The notes under the pieces: model-generated
The model's database searches: none
Told to the model about the DNA's origin: nothing
What the model saw: the letters and a program-made list of their open reading frames with translations, nothing else
NCBI RefSeq assembly: GCF_963921235.1
Contig: NC_086108.1
Location: forward strand, 97,962,001-98,026,000
Origin: Mobula hypostoma
Lineage: Eukaryota
Direction: 5' to 3'
DNA length: 64,000 nt
Made by a program: the position numbers and the translations under genes
Part shown: positions 48,915 through 60,458 of the stretch, piece after piece
Position numbering within the stretch: position 1 is the first letter of the stretch
Layout of the letters: each line of letters starts with the position of its first letter

Positions 48915-49610
48915 TGAAATGTCAAAATTTCAGATCAAGACCCTGCATCGGGACTGAGAATGGAGAGGGGAAAAGGCCACAGCAAATAGAGAAGGAGCCA
49001 GAAGTGACTGGTGGACTGAGGCTGAAAGATGCCAGGCAGATTGAGCCAAGTTGGAGAGGTAGGGAGGTTGGAGCTGAGAGATAGAAACAGGTAGATGATA
49101 GAGGGAGACAGGCAGAAAAAAACACAACAGAAGATGGTGCCAGGAGTGAGAGGTGGGAGGGAAGAGTGAAGGTGGAGACCACAAGGCCATAAGACCACAA
49201 GATATAGGAGCTGAATTAGGCCATTTGGCCCATCAAGTCTGCTCTGCCATTTCATCGCGGCTGATTCAATTTTCCTCTCAGCTCCAATCTCCTGTCTTCT
49301 CCCCATATCCCTTCATGCCCTGACCAATCACGAATCAATCAACCTCTGCTTTAAATATACCTAATAAGTTGGCCTCCACAGCCATCTGTGGTAATGAATT
49401 CCACAGATTCACCACTCCGTGGCTGAAGAAATTCCTCCTCATCTCCACTCTAAAAGGATGCCCCTCCATTCTGAGGCTGTGTTCCCTGGTTTTACAGTCT
49501 CCCACCACAGGAAACATCCTCTCCACATCCACTCTATCAAGGCTTTTCAACACTTGATAAGTTTCAATTAGGTCACCCGTCATTCTTCCGAATGCCTGTG
49601 AGTTCAGGCC
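48915..49610 (-). mobile_element. Penelope tail fragment (48915-49180) and CR1 3' end (49180-49610)
   Basis: Degenerate hammerhead with a purine-rich tract, then RMTGDLIETY..RRNFFSHGVVNLWNSLP. Confidence 0.82.
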
Positions 49611-51021
49611 CTTACAGCGCACTAAATATTGACTATCAGCTGCTTTAAACTGGGTGACCCTCCTCTCCTTAAGCACAGAGATAATGAGTACGCCATAAAA
49701 ATGTTCAAAGCTTCCTTCTGGCCACTCAAGCTCTTTGCATTTGCATTCAGTGTGAGGTTTATTGTTGGTGTACAGTCAATGCAACCATTGATTTTGCTGA
49801 CATTATACATAGTGATTTTAGGAATGCCTAACGATGCCTCCCACTATGTTTTATTGAACCAACCGCTGAGTCTTCAGAAGCTATGTGCCCTCTGTGTAAT
49901 ATCACCTTTCTTTAAAACATTATCCAATTTTTTGGCTCAGTTACATCGCGGCAAACAATTTGGACTGTTGCGATTGACTCCACAAAGGCTTGAGATGGAC
50001 GTTATGTTCTCAACAGGAAAATGTTCCATAGTTTTGCAGAATTTTAAGGAGTATTATTTTTCTTCTGCCTGTCTTCTCCCAAAGCTTGTACTATTTAACA
50101 TTTAAAATAATACTTACTTAAATATTATAAATGTTTGTAGTTATAATTAAGTTATACTTAATTAACCCAGAGTATACCTAATGATACTTTAGGTTAACTC
50201 AGGTCAGAATTAACCCAATGTACCATTCCCACAGTGGCACCATTTCCTCAGAACACACTCAGTGACCAGGGAACCAGTGACAAGGACATCAAGGGGTTGG
50301 ACATCACAGAAGCTGAAATTTGATTTATATTGAGCCCAACAAGTCAATCTCCTTAAAGGTTTTCCAGATAAGGAAGTAAGGAGTTTGTATGTGACAACAG
50401 ACAATACAGCATGTGGTAATACAAAATATATGGCAGTTAATTCTATAACTTCAGATTACTTCATGCCTGTCTGCGATATTGGCTTGGCTTGCATCTTGTT
50501 TTGATTCTTTCCTTTATTCTTCTTTTCTGTCCGTGCATGAAGAAGAAGTCCAGCCTGAACTGCCAGGCACACCTCCCTACTCTGCATTTTGCAAAGCCCG
50601 CATCCTTTTGTCAAAGTTCTCACCCCGTAACTGTTCCCAGTCACTCATTGACCAAATCAAGGATCAAGGAACAATTTTATTCACCGGACACATTTACATG
50701 TCTTAGGAATTTGCTGTGGTGTGTTGGTCAGAGTGTGACATGCAACAAAAAACAACATACGACAAATATTGTTTAAAATTATTATTTAATAATAAATATT
50801 TCAGCCATAATGAAATGGCGGAGCTCACTTAATGGGTCAAATGGGTCTAGTTCTATTCCTTATCTCATGGTCTTATATAAAAAATAAATAATTATATATA
50901 AATAAAGCAACTAATACAATTTGAGATTTAAAGGATAAGTAAATAAATATCAGCGCATATTTACAGTGAAAACAGCATTATAGAAGTAGTTTAGGGTGCA
51001 GTGCAGTGACAGGGATAATAA

Positions 51022-52150
51022 ACTCAGAGGCCACTTTATTCGGTCATCTGTACACCTGCTCGTAAATGTAAGTATCTAATCAGCCAATCATGTGGCAGCA
51101 ACTCAATGCATAAAAGCATGCAGACATGGTCAAGAGGTTCAGTAGTTGTTCAGACCAAAGAACAGAATGGGGAAGAAATGTGATCCAAGTGACTTTGACA
51201 TTGGTATGTTCGTTGGTGCCATAAAAGCTGCCGCCGTAGAGAGCATCCACACATCAGCCATTGCCATCTGATTTGGTGCAGCATCCTCTCCCAATACACA
51301 AAACTGTCATGTCTGCAGAAAAGCTCACTGGCTGCTGGCTACCATCACTGCAGGACTTGTGTATGTCCAGGACAAAGAAGTGGGCAGGAAAAATCGCTGC
51401 AGACACTGTCCACCCTGCAAACAGCCTTTTTCTAAAGTTCTCGTCAAGGAATAGCTACAGGGCTATTATAACAAAAGCTTCACTCCATCTTGAAAGTTTC
51501 TCCCTTCAGGCAGTTAATCTGATCAATCATTCTAATACGCACCCCCCCCCCACCCATTTCTATCTGCCCTCAGTGACCACTTTATTGGGTACAGGAAGTA
51601 CTTAATAACATGGACACTGTGTGTATTTCTGTAAGTTCATGGTCTTCTGCTGCAGTAGTTCATTCTTTTCATGGTTTGACATGTTGTATGTTCGAAGATG
51701 CTCTTCTGCACACCACTGTTGTAACGCGTGTTTACATGAGTTGCTGTCATCTTCCTCTCAGCTTGAAGCTGTCTGGCCCTTCTCCTCTGACCTCTCTCGT
51801 TAACAAGGCATTTTTGCCCACAGAACTCTCACTCACCGGATTTCTTTTTTTCTGTTTATCGCACCATTCTCTTTAAGCTCTAGAGACTATTGTGCTTGAA
51901 AATCCCAGGAGGTCAGCAGTTTCTGAGATCAGCAAACCACCCTGTATGGCACCAACAACCATTCCAACGTCAAAGTCACTTAGATCACATTTCTTCCCCA
52001 TTATGGTGTTTGGTCTGAACAATAACTGAACCTCTTGACCATGTCTGCATGCTTTTATGCATTGAGTTCATTGCCACATGACTGGCTGGTTAGATACTTG
52101 CTTTAATGAGCAGGTGTATAGATGTACCTAAAAAAGTGACAACTGAGTAT
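51022..52150. mobile_element. Two opposed copies of the same Tc1 derivative (51022-51222 +, 51570-52150 -) around a Rex1 fragment
   Basis: 51022-51222 is approximately the reverse complement of 51945-52150. The middle reads LPSLQDL..KIAADTVHPANSLF. Confidence 0.85.
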
Positions 52151-53856
52151 ATGTTCACACCAATTGCCTGCACATCCGTTTGGTTTTCCGAAGTCTGGCC
52201 AAAGCTAGAACCTAATAGCAGCTATAAGTTTCTGGGGAAGTAGTCTCTGTTTAAGGCAGTGAAGCAAGATCCCGTCTGCCTGTTGCCGTGCTGGATGTTA
52301 GGATGTACAAGGCAGTTTTTGACACTCGTGGTGACTCTCGCACAGTGGGAGGACTCGTGGCTTCAGTCCTGATGAGTTGTTAGAGGGATAGAACTTGTGG
52401 AAAGGAGACTAATGTGGATGGAAAGGCTGAAAATCTGGGATAAGCACTGAGATGTAAATCATTGTCTGAAATTGCCAGCGCAGTTGTCAATCCCCAACTG
52501 AGTTCTGTTGAAATGTTTAGAATGAAGCATATGAAAAGCTGGTTTATTGCTGACCCGTGTCTCTGCGTCTACCCCTAAATAAAAGATTATTGGATCTGTT
52601 TCAAATTCTCTTTTTAAAAAAAGTACATCCTGCTGTTAAACCTTTCAAAGAGGAAAATTTAATGCTACCAGCGCTTCACGCTGGCTTCCTTCCTTTCGTT
52701 ATACTTGAGGTTTGGATCACAAGATGTAAGATTAAATTTTTAAGCTGTGTCGTTGATAAGAAAGGATGAAATCTTGGTGCTGGCTCTGATATACTGCAGA
52801 CTTTTCCCAGGAGTGACAGTGACATTTTCTTGTCTCGTCTTCTGATTAATTGTACATTAGCGTTGTATGAATGCAAAAGGTGAAGAAAAAAAAATCCTCA
52901 ATTGTGCAGAAAGTCTGTCCAAAGATTCCGGAGAAGATATCCAAAGGTAAAATCGTATATTGCGTCTTTTTTGGGGGGGAGGGGGTAATGTCTTGCTGGC
53001 TGTGGCTTTAGAAGGAAATGTAAAAGGAATTATACATTTCCTGATAAATGTTAAATTATGAAGAAATGGAGAAGCTGTTCCTTCACGCAATATTACAGAA
53101 ATCTATCAAAATTAGACTTTGCATTCACCTGCTAATATCAGTATGGAACGGCCATTACTGGAATGCAAGCCTTTCGAAATTATTTTCTCAAGGTTAGGCT
53201 TAGTGTGCTCTGGGCATGCTATGTTAGCACTGGAAACATGGCAACACTTGCCTAGCACAATCCTGGAGTCATAGAAAACGACAGCACAGAAACAGGCCCT
53301 TGAGCCCATCTAGTCTGTGCTGATCCATTTCTATGCCTATTCCCATCGACTTGCATCCAGACCATAACTCTCCTTACCCTTCTCATCCATGTACCTATCC
53401 AAATTTCTCTTAAATGTTGAAATCGAGCCCATATCCACCATTTGCGCTGGTAGCTCATTCCACACTCTGACCACCGACTAAGTGAAGAAGTTCCCCCTCA
53501 TATTCTCCTTAAACATTTCACCTTTCACCCTGAAGTCATGATTTCTAGTTGTTGTCTCACCCAAGCTGGTGTCTGTTTGCATTTACCCTATCTACACTCC
53601 TCATAAGTTTGCATACATCTGTCAGTTCTCCCTCAATATTCTATGTTCTAGAGAATGAAGTCGCACCCTGTCCAATCTTTCCCTAATACTCAGGTCTTCA
53701 AATCCTGGTGACATCCTTGTACATTTTCTCTGCACTCTTTCAATCTTATTTATATCTTTCCTGTGGACAGCTGACCAAAACTGCACACAATACTCCAAAT
53801 TAGTCCTCAAAAAACCTTATACAATTTCAACATAATGCCCCAACTCCTGTACTCAT

Positions 53857-54752
53857 AGCAACACACATCAAAGTTGCTGGTGAACACAGCAGCCAGGCAG
53901 CATCTCTAGGAAGAGGTACAGTCGAGGTTTCAGGCCGATACCCTTCGTCAGGACTAACTGAAGGAAGAGCTGGTAAGAGATTTGAAAGTTGGAGGGGGAG
54001 GGGGAGATCCAAAATGATAGGAGAAGACAGGAGGGGGAGGGATGGAGCCAAGAGCTGGACGGGTGATTGGCAAAAGGGATATGAGAGGATCATGGGACAG
54101 GAGGTCCAGGGAGAAGGAAAAGGGGGAGGGGGGAAAACCCAGAGGATGGGCAAGGGGTATAGTCAGAGGGACAGAGGGAGAAAAAGGAGAGAGAGAGAAG
54201 GAATGTGTGTATATAAATAAATAACGGATGAGGTACGAGGGGGAGGTGGGGCATTAGCAGAAGCTAGAGAAGTCAATGTTCATACCATTAGGTTGGAGGC
54301 TACCCAGACGGAATATAAGGTGTTGTTCCTCCAACCTGAGTGTGGCTTCATCTTTACAGTAGAGGAGGCCGTGGATAGACATATCAGAATGGGAATGGGA
54401 TGTGGAATTAAAATGTGTGGCCACTGGGAGATCCTGCTTTCTGTGGCAGACAGAGCGTAGGTGTTCAGCAAAATGATCTCCCAGTCTGAGTCGGGTCTCG
54501 CCAATATATAGAAGGCCACATCGGGAGCACTGGACGCAGTATACCTCCCCAGCCAACTCACAGGTAAAGTGTCGCCTCACCTGGAAGGACTGTCTGGGGC
54601 CCTGAATGGTGGTAAGGGAGGAAGTGTAAGGGCATGTGTAGCACTTGTTCCGCTTACAGGAGGGAGATCAGTGGGGAGGGATGGGGGGGGGACGAATGGA
54701 CAAGGGAGTTGCTTACTAGCTCTTACTAGCTCTTCCTTCAGTTAGTCCTGTT
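53857..54752 (-). mobile_element. Penelope-like element 3' portion with an inverted 5' tail
   Basis: GIY-YIG ORF and a 3' hammerhead-like motif (53920-53956). 54722-54750 is the reverse complement of 53949-53977. Confidence 0.93.
54254..54580 (-). pseudogene. Penelope GIY-YIG endonuclease domain (5'-truncated)
   Basis: FTC..VYCVQCSRCGLLYIGET..RL..HF.EH..PVATHFN..RLEEQHLIFRLGSLQPNGMN. Confidence 0.93.
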
Positions 54753-55510
54753 GACTATCCCTAAGCAGTCCCTGTCTACCCAAATACTGATATACCAGGT
54801 CCCTTAGAATACCATCCAATAACTTTCCCGCTACTGATGTCAGGCTCACTAGCCTGTAATTCCTAGCTTTATTCTTGGAGCCTTTCTTAAACAATGGCTA
54901 TCCTCATCCTAAGGATGTTTTAAATATCTCTGTTAGGACGCCTGCAATTTCTGCACTTGCCTCCTGCAGGGTCCAAGGAACACCTTGTCAGGCCTTGGGG
55001 ATTTATCCACCTTAATTTGCTTCAATACAGCGAACACCTCCTCCCTTGTAATCTGTATAGGGTCCCTGACCTCGCTACATTACCACACATCTATAGACAG
55101 TGTGTCCACCTCCCAAGTAAATACAGATGCAAGCTCCTCACTGATTGGATTTGATATTAATGATGAATTTCACTGTATGTTTTGACATACATGTGACAAT
55201 TAAAGCTAAATCTTGGCAAAAAAAAATTTATAATCCTTGCTTGCTCCACACATAAATCCACACACATAATTTACCTTCCCAAATTTCCCCTCAAGTTTCC
55301 AGCATTCAAATTTTCATTCTCCATTCATCTCCTCCCACTTACCTGAATCATCTTATTATTTTCCTCTGGTCTTAACTACATCCCATCACCTTTGAGTCAT
55401 AAAGATGCACAGGTTTGAAACAGGCCCTTCAGTCCATCGATTCTGTACTGACTATCATGGCTATCTATGACAATCCTACTTGCCTGCATTAATTCCATAA
55501 CCCTCTATTG

Positions 55511-55589
55511 CAAGGGTCCCCACCTTTTTTATGCCATAGATCCTTACCTTTAACCGAGGGAACTATGGACCCCAGGGTGGCAACCCCTG
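55511..55589. mobile_element. hAT-type MITE
   Basis: CAAGGGTCCCCACC / GGTGGCAACCCCTG TIRs with a perfect 8-bp TSD CTCTATTG (55503-55510, 55590-55597). Confidence 0.92.
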
Positions 55590-55604
55590 CTCTATTGCTT
55601 AGGT

Positions 55605-56670
55605 AGAGAGGATATGAATAGGATGTTTCCAATATTAGGAGTGTCTAGGACCAGAGGGCACAGCATCAGAACAGAAGGGAGTCCCTTTAGAACCGAGATG
55701 AGGAGGAATTTCTTTAGACAGAGGATGGTGAATCTATGGAATTCATTGCCATTAAAGACTGTGGAGGCCAAGTCATTGGGTATATTTAAAGCAGAAGTTG
55801 ACAGGTCCTTGATGAGTAAGGATATCAATGGTTATAGGGAGAAGGCAGGAAATGAGGCTGAAGGATAAATCAGCCATGGCGGAATGCCAGAGCAGACTGA
55901 ATGGGCCAATTAGCCTAACTCTGCTCCTATACCTTACAGTCTTATAGTTAAGAGTTCAAGAATTACTTCTTGGTGTATTTGCCATGATAGGTATTGACCC
56001 CTCTGAATTTTCCTCATTGCTCACTTTGCCTCATATTTCATGGTTTAAAGGTTAGAGGTTCACCTGGTTTTTCGGAGGCCAGGTCATAGAACGCTCCACT
56101 GACTCTCTAACGCATTATGGGATGAACTGAAGAAACAAATTAACCACATCAGAAGCATATAGAATGTAGAAGGGTCTCATCCCAAAATGTTGATTGTTTA
56201 CTCTTTTCCATAGTTGCTGCCTGGCCTGCTGAGTTCCTCCAGCATTTTGTGTGTATTGGTTTGATTTCCAGCATCTCCACATTTTCTCTTGTTGTAGATG
56301 AAGGCAGAATATTCCCTCTTTGAACCATTATGGTAGAGTCATAGAACAGTGCAGCACAGAAAAAGGCCTTTCAGCCCAACCCATCTGAGCTGGTTCTATT
56401 TGGCCAATATTCATCTCAACCTATCCTATCCAAGTGTCTTTTAAATGTTGCATTTGTACCTGTTTCATCCACTTTCCCTGGCAGCTCATTCCATAAACCC
56501 ATCCTCTGTGTGAAGAAGTTGCCTCTCAGGTCCCCTTTAAATCTTTCCCTGCTCACCTGAAACCAATACCTTTCAATTTGTGATTCTCTTTTCTGAGGTA
56601 AAGGACCGTGTACATTCACATTATGGATGCCCCTCGTGATTTCATACACCTCTTTAGGGCTGCCCCTCAG
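55605..56670. mobile_element. CR1 3' ends (55605-55945 +, 56340-56670 -)
   Basis: RTRGHS..MRRNFFRQRMVNLWNSLP and RFKGDLRGNFFTQR..WNELP. Confidence 0.85.
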
Positions 56671-57229
56671 TCTCAGAAAAATGTTCTGAGTAATGATTTA
56701 ATCAGTATCATCAGTATGCAAGACAAGCTTTTCCTTGTATCTTGGTCATGTGACAATAATAAACCAATAGGAGAATCAATGAAAACTAAAAACCTGCAGA
56801 TGCTGGAAGTGTGAAATGAAGACAGTTTGCTAGAAGCAGTCAGCAGGTTAAGGGAACATCTATATGGAAAGAATTGGTTTTAATAGTTCAAATACCCTTC
56901 ATCAAAACTGGGAAAGAAGGAAAACATTCACTTTAAGTTGCAGAGAGGATGGCGAAGGACTGGACAGGACAAAGGTAATATCTCTCATAGGCTGAGGTCA
57001 GAGTTGCCAAAGGGATGAGCAGTGTAGGCTTTTCTCAACAATTTTCCTTGCTTGCTCCATGCACAATCCCACGATATAATAATTTACCATCCCAACATTG
57101 CAGCTCAAATGAGTTTTTTTTTTCACTTCCTGCCCTTCAGGAATGAACTTCCATGATTTATTTGAGATTGGGTTTTAACCTTGTGTCTGTACATCTAGCA
57201 ATATGTTGATCCGGAATATCAGCAGAGTC

Positions 57230-57507
57230 TGCCAGATCAGTGGTATCTGCAGTATGGTGGAAGTATCTGTGGTATGTTGGTACTGATTAGGACAGGGACT
57301 CCCAATGTTTTTAATGCCATGGACTCCTACCATTGACCAAGGAGTCTGTGCACCCCAGGTTGGAAACTCCTGGATTACAGAAGTATCTGCAAATCAGTGG
57401 TACTGATTAGGAGTATCTGTAGTATAGTGATACTAACTGGAAGTATCTGTGGTATAGTGGAAGTATCTTCAGTGCAGTGATACAAATTAAGAGTATCTGC
57501 AGTGATG
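57230..57507. repeat. Degenerate minisatellite (AGTATCTGCAGTATGGTGG-like units) interrupted by a hAT MITE (57293-57372)
   Basis: Recurring AGTATCTG/GTACTGATTAG units. MITE TIRs CAGGGACTCCCAA / TTGGAAACTCCTG. Confidence 0.7.
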
Positions 57508-57559
57508 GTGGTGGCATCCATTAGTCTCGCGAGACCATGGATCTGCGCCTGCAATGCAA

Positions 57560-58228
57560 TCGGCAATCGCCTCTGATCTGGGCTGACAGTTACGTGCCGG
57601 GCGACACCTAATTAATTAGCATGTTTGTTTTGGCTTTTTTCTTAAAGATGTGCTGTGTGCCTCCCGGCTACTGCTGTACCCCTGTATGCTTCGCGGATCG
57701 GTATCAGTTCACTGCCCGGAGGGTGGGGGCCACTGCACCACCCAAACTCCGACGACTCAGCCTAACACACCACCATCAGTGTGCTCCGTGCTTTCCCAAT
57801 TCCAGTAAGTGATACTACACTGTACATACATTATTTCTACTTTATATCGGCTGTGTATTTTTACGTGTTATTTGGTATGATTTGGCAGGTTCATAGCTTA
57901 AAGGCTACTGGAGAGCACTTACGCCGTGTTTTTGCTGACAGTGCTTACGTGAGATTTTCGCTACGGAGAACAGTTCAGGCAATAATTCTGGAAAAGTATT
58001 TCTACTTTATATAAGCTGTGTATTTATCATATCATTCCTGCTTTTACTACATGTTACTGTTATTTTAGGTCTTTATTTAGCATGATTTGGTAGGTTATTT
58101 TTGGGTCTGCGAACACTCACAAAATTTTCCCGTGTAAGTAAATGGTAATTGCTTCTTCGCTTTACGACATTCCGGCTTACGAACCGTTTCATAGGAACGC
58201 TCTACCTTCGGATGGCGGTGGAAACCTG
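57560..58228. mobile_element. pogo/Tigger-like DNA transposon terminal fragment
   Basis: CpG-rich subterminal TTACGA repeats; ends ..CGGATGGCGGTGGAAACCTG|TA. Confidence 0.65.
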
Positions 58229-59062
58229 TATTAGGGTATCTATATATATTATAATATAGGAATCCACTCTCCTTCTAGAGTACACGCTTACTTTCGAAGA
58301 AGGTTATGACCTCTTTACACTTCCAACTAACCTACATTTCAAAAATTAGTGCTTGTCCATTCTTGGGCCAAATGTCTAACTTCATTGAAGACCGTTGTAT
58401 CACTTTGTCATTCTTATGAGCAATTGTTATTAATGGCTCAAAATAAAATATGCAAGATAAATGTACTAGACTAATGATATTAAATAGTTATCTCTGATGT
58501 TCAACCTGAGAATATTTATCTTCGCTCAAAAACGCTCAGAGCCCACTGTTGGTTTAGACTGTAGAATCGTTACTTTGCTTGTAGTTTAACTCTCCTGTAC
58601 TTGCTTGTATTTTATATGGTCTCCTGTATGCAAGTGATTGTTCAGTGGGTTTTCCAGTGGTTGTAGTTGCTTCTGTACTTTTCTGGAAAGCTCTTGGTTT
58701 CAGTGGTGTGTATCATATTACTCGAATCTGGCTACTTGATTAGTTACCTGTTATCAATGTTTATCTCTAGCCTGGTACGAGAAGACCATGACTACTTTTT
58801 AGTCTCCTCTTTTGTTTGTTTCTCTCAACACTTCTTCTTTGTTCTTGCAACAAAGATCCAAAGGTTTAAAATAAATTTATTATTGAAGTTTGTATCGTGT
58901 ATATCACCATAGACTACCTACCCTGAGATTCATTTTCTTGCAGTCATTCAAAGTAGTACAGAGGAATACAATAGAATCAATGAAAAACTACTCACAAACA
59001 AAGAGTGACAAACAGCCAATGTGCAAAAGAAGACAAATTGTGTGCGTAAATAAATACATACA

Positions 59063-59434
59063 GTCACCATCGTCATTAAGAGCATGCCATGTGACATGGG
59101 CGATCATGGTTTAAGGCCATGATTGTTCTTGGCAAATTTTTCTTCAGAACTGGTTTGCTATCGCCTTCTTCTGTGCCGTGTCTTTACAAGATGGGTGACC
59201 CCAGCCATTCAATACTCTTCAGAGATCGTCTGCCTGCTGTGGACGCATAACCAGGACTTGTGATATGCACCAGCTGCTCGTACGTCCATCCTTCACCTGC
59301 TCCCGTGGCTTCATGTGACCCTGATCGGGGGGTTAAGCAGGTGCTACACCTTGCCCAAGGGTGACCTACAGGCTGGCGGAGGGAAGGAGCACCTTACACC
59401 TCCTTTGGTAGACACGTACCTCTACCCCGCCACC
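59063..59434 (-). mobile_element. RTE/BovB-related short element (copy 4, most complete)
   Basis: Same consensus as 7915, 11826 and 17709. Confidence 0.72.
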
Positions 59435-60182
59435 TAACATACATACAGTACATACAGAAAACTGAGAACTTGAGTCCTAAGTCCTTTGAAGTGAGTCCAT
59501 AGATTGTGGAGTCCGTTCAGCGTTGAGGTGAGTGATTACTGGGTGAGTGTATTCTTAATAAAATGGCTGTAAGCAACAGGTTTTATGCCTCATCTTGACT
59601 TCCAAAAAACCTTCGGATTGCAAAAGCATCAGGATCCAACACCACATTAAATCTGCCAATTTCTTTGTTAAATCTTCAGATTGTTGAATTTTGCAATGAA
59701 AGGAAGATTCTTATACATCTGCTGGCAAATGAATCTTGACTGTTTCTTTGAGCAACTATTTAACAATCTTCCTGCATATTCTCTTAAATTAACGGGAAAC
59801 TGCAAATTTTAGTGGGAGAATAGCAATTACGAGAAAAATAACTCTACCATTTATAATTGTGTGATCAAACATTAACTAAGAATAAGGTGTCTTGCAGTAG
59901 CATCACTTCAGTTGACTGGTAATGGCAAAAAGATTATACATTAACATCAAGGCTGTAAATATTTAACCATCTTACACCCCAAGCACATTCATATTTAATA
60001 AGATTTCCATTGCAGAGTATAGAACTGAAAATAATGATGGTCGTTTAGCATCAGTATCTTTTTTCAAAATATTGCTTTGGTAAACAAAGTGTTTCTAGTT
60101 GGGCAGTGGCTCTTTAGAGAGCTAATTTAAGGTGAATAAATGAGGATCTAGTAAACACAATACAATGAAATCCCAAAGTTAC

Positions 60183-60216
60183 CTGTTAGTGAAAATCAAG
60201 TGCCAGTATAGTACGT
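60183..60216 (-). other. Candidate 34-nt 3' UTR exon
   Basis: Acceptor TGCTTTCTCTTCCCTGTAG| and donor CAG|GTAACT. An 88-nt intron separates it from the exon upstream. Confidence 0.4.
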
Positions 60217-60318
60217 CTACAGGGAAGAGAAAGCATTTCTTAAATTGGCTGGTACAGGATATGCACTAGTACCTTTAGGATGGACAGGTGCCTATCATTC
60301 CTACCTTGGAAGGACTGC

Positions 60319-60458
60319 CTATGGGCTTCCTATTGTCTGCATAGCAGGACAGTAGAGTTGGAACAGCTTTGGATTATCACAATTAGTCAGGTAGTTCTTT
60401 ATATCAATCTTGTCAATATGCGACCTTTGAATCTGAAAAACTCTAATTAATTTTGCTC
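60319..60458 (-). CDS. Candidate last coding exon of an unidentified host gene
   Basis: Pyrimidine-rich acceptor ..TTTCTGTTTAGTTTTTGGTTCATTACAG|. Only one frame is open: (G)AKLIRVFQIQRSHIDKIDIKNYLTNCDNPKLFQLYCPAMQTIGSP*. Donor AAG|GTAGGA at 60305/60304; non-repetitive context. Protein not recognised. Confidence 0.5.

Larger units (their letters stand above)
53270..55130 (-). mobile_element. CR1 fragments (53270-53856, 54755-55130) split by a Penelope insertion
   Basis: RTNLEYCVQFWS..ERVQRK, with upstream DKSPRPD-like sequence beyond the PLE. Confidence 0.8.

Noticed and set aside
49629..50105. 158-aa ORF in unique DNA
   Set aside because: TTG start, no recognisable motif, composition typical of AT-rich non-coding DNA and no splice support.
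57230..57507. CRISPR-like repeat array
   Set aside because: Degenerate tandem units without unique spacers, in a vertebrate context.
59585..59680. Minus-strand peptide FNKEIGRFNVVLDPDAFAIRRFFGSQDEA*
   Set aside because: Stop immediately upstream and no good acceptor; likely chance.
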